This document shows positions 62,948-64,000 of a DNA stretch of 64,000 bases, one piece after another. The stretch is from Mobula hypostoma (lineage: Eukaryota): contig NC_086097.1 in NCBI RefSeq assembly GCF_963921235.1, positions 210,554,001 to 210,618,000 on the forward strand, in the 5' to 3' direction. Positions within the stretch are counted from its first letter, which is position 1. Each line of letters starts with the position of its first letter. The position numbers and the translations under genes are program-made. Under the pieces are notes generated by a model. It saw only the letters and a program-made list of their open reading frames with translations. It had not been told where the DNA came from and ran no database searches.

Positions 62948-64000
62948 AAAACACATGAAAATCTGCAGGTGCTGGAAATCCAAAGCAACTCACACAAATG
63001 GTGGAGGAACTCAGCAGGCCAGGCAGCATTACTATGGAAAAGAATACCCAGTCGACGTTTTGGGCTGAGACCCTTCATTAAGACTGGAAAGGAAGGGGAG
63101 AAGTGAGAATAAAAAGTTGAGGGGAGGGGAGGAAGAAATACAAGGTTGGAGGCTAACCAAATGGCATATGAGGTGTTGCTCTTCCAAACTGAGTGCGGCC
63201 TCATTGTGGCAGAAGAGGAGGCCATGCACTGTCATGCCAGAATGGGAATGGGAAGTAGAATTGAAATGGCTTGCCAATGGGAGATCCCACTTTCTGTGGT
63301 GGACGGAGCAAAGGTGCTTGTCGAAGTGGTCTCCCAATCTACATCAGGTCTCACTGATATACAGGAGGCCACACTGGGAGCACTGGATACAGTAGATGAC
63401 CCCAACAGAGTCACAGGTGAAGTTTCACCTCACTTGGAAGGACTGCTGGGGGCCCTGAATATTAACAAGGGAGGAGTTGTAGGGGAAGGTATGGAACTAG
63501 TTTTGCTTGCAAGGGGAAGTACCAGGAGACAGATCAGTGCAGAGGGACAAATGGATAAGGGAGTCATGAGGGGAGTGATCCCTGCTGAAAGCAGAAAGTG
63601 GTGATGGGGGAGAGAAAGATGTGCTTGGTTGTTGGATCCTGTTAGAGATGATGGAAGTTTCAGAGAATTATGAGCTGGACGTGGAGGCTAGTGGGTTGTA
63701 GGTGAGGACAAGAGGAACCCTGTCCCTGGTGTGGTGGTGGAAGGATGGGGTGAGGGCAGATGTGGGCAAAATGGAAGAGGTGCGGGTGAGGGCAGAATTG
63801 ATGGTGGAGGAAGGGAAGCTTCTTTCTTTGAAGAATAAGGACATCTATCTCAGTTGTTCTGCAATGAAAAGCCTCATCCTGAGAATAGATGTGGTGGAGA
63901 TGGAGGAATTGAGAGAAGGGGAAGACGGTTTTACAAGTGACAGGTTGGGAAGAGGTATAGTCCAGGTAGCTGTGACAGTCAGTGGGTTTATAAAAGATAT
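62948..64000 (-). mobile_element. PLE 3' part (RT C-terminus, GIY-YIG, pLTR), continuing past the window end
   Basis: GDHFDKHL...ASHFNSTSHSH...EEQHLI motifs and a decayed hammerhead at 63050-63085. Confidence 0.88.

Overview
Eukaryotic, repeat-dominated, non-coding window (intron or gene desert). The repeat repertoire (HE1/V-type SINE, CR1 LINEs with octamer tails, abundant Rex1/Babar LINEs, Neptune-type Penelope-like elements) suggests a cartilaginous fish, probably a ray; this is inference. I see no host protein-coding exon. All recognisable protein motifs belong to decayed transposable elements: Penelope RT and GIY-YIG, CR1 ORF1 esterase and ORF2, Rex1/Babar, RTE, Tx1/L1, a hAT transposase remnant and a Tc1 remnant. 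Many insertions are nested, several with visible target-site duplications. The most interesting signal is a minimal type-I hammerhead ribozyme motif (AGTC-CTGAYGA-A-stem II-GAAACGTC-GACT) in the Penelope pseudo-LTRs, present in about ten copies. It also occurs in a tandem array of internally deleted units (retrozyme-like), a 129-bp stand-alone insert and a 208-bp fold-back insert. Other points of note are a tRNA-derived SINE whose 3' end matches an RTE LINE in the same window, a MITE with a 6-bp TSD and a duplicated end, and several TE-free islands rich in developmental transcription-factor motifs. Boundaries of old fragments are approximate, and family names come from recognition of motifs, not database searches.
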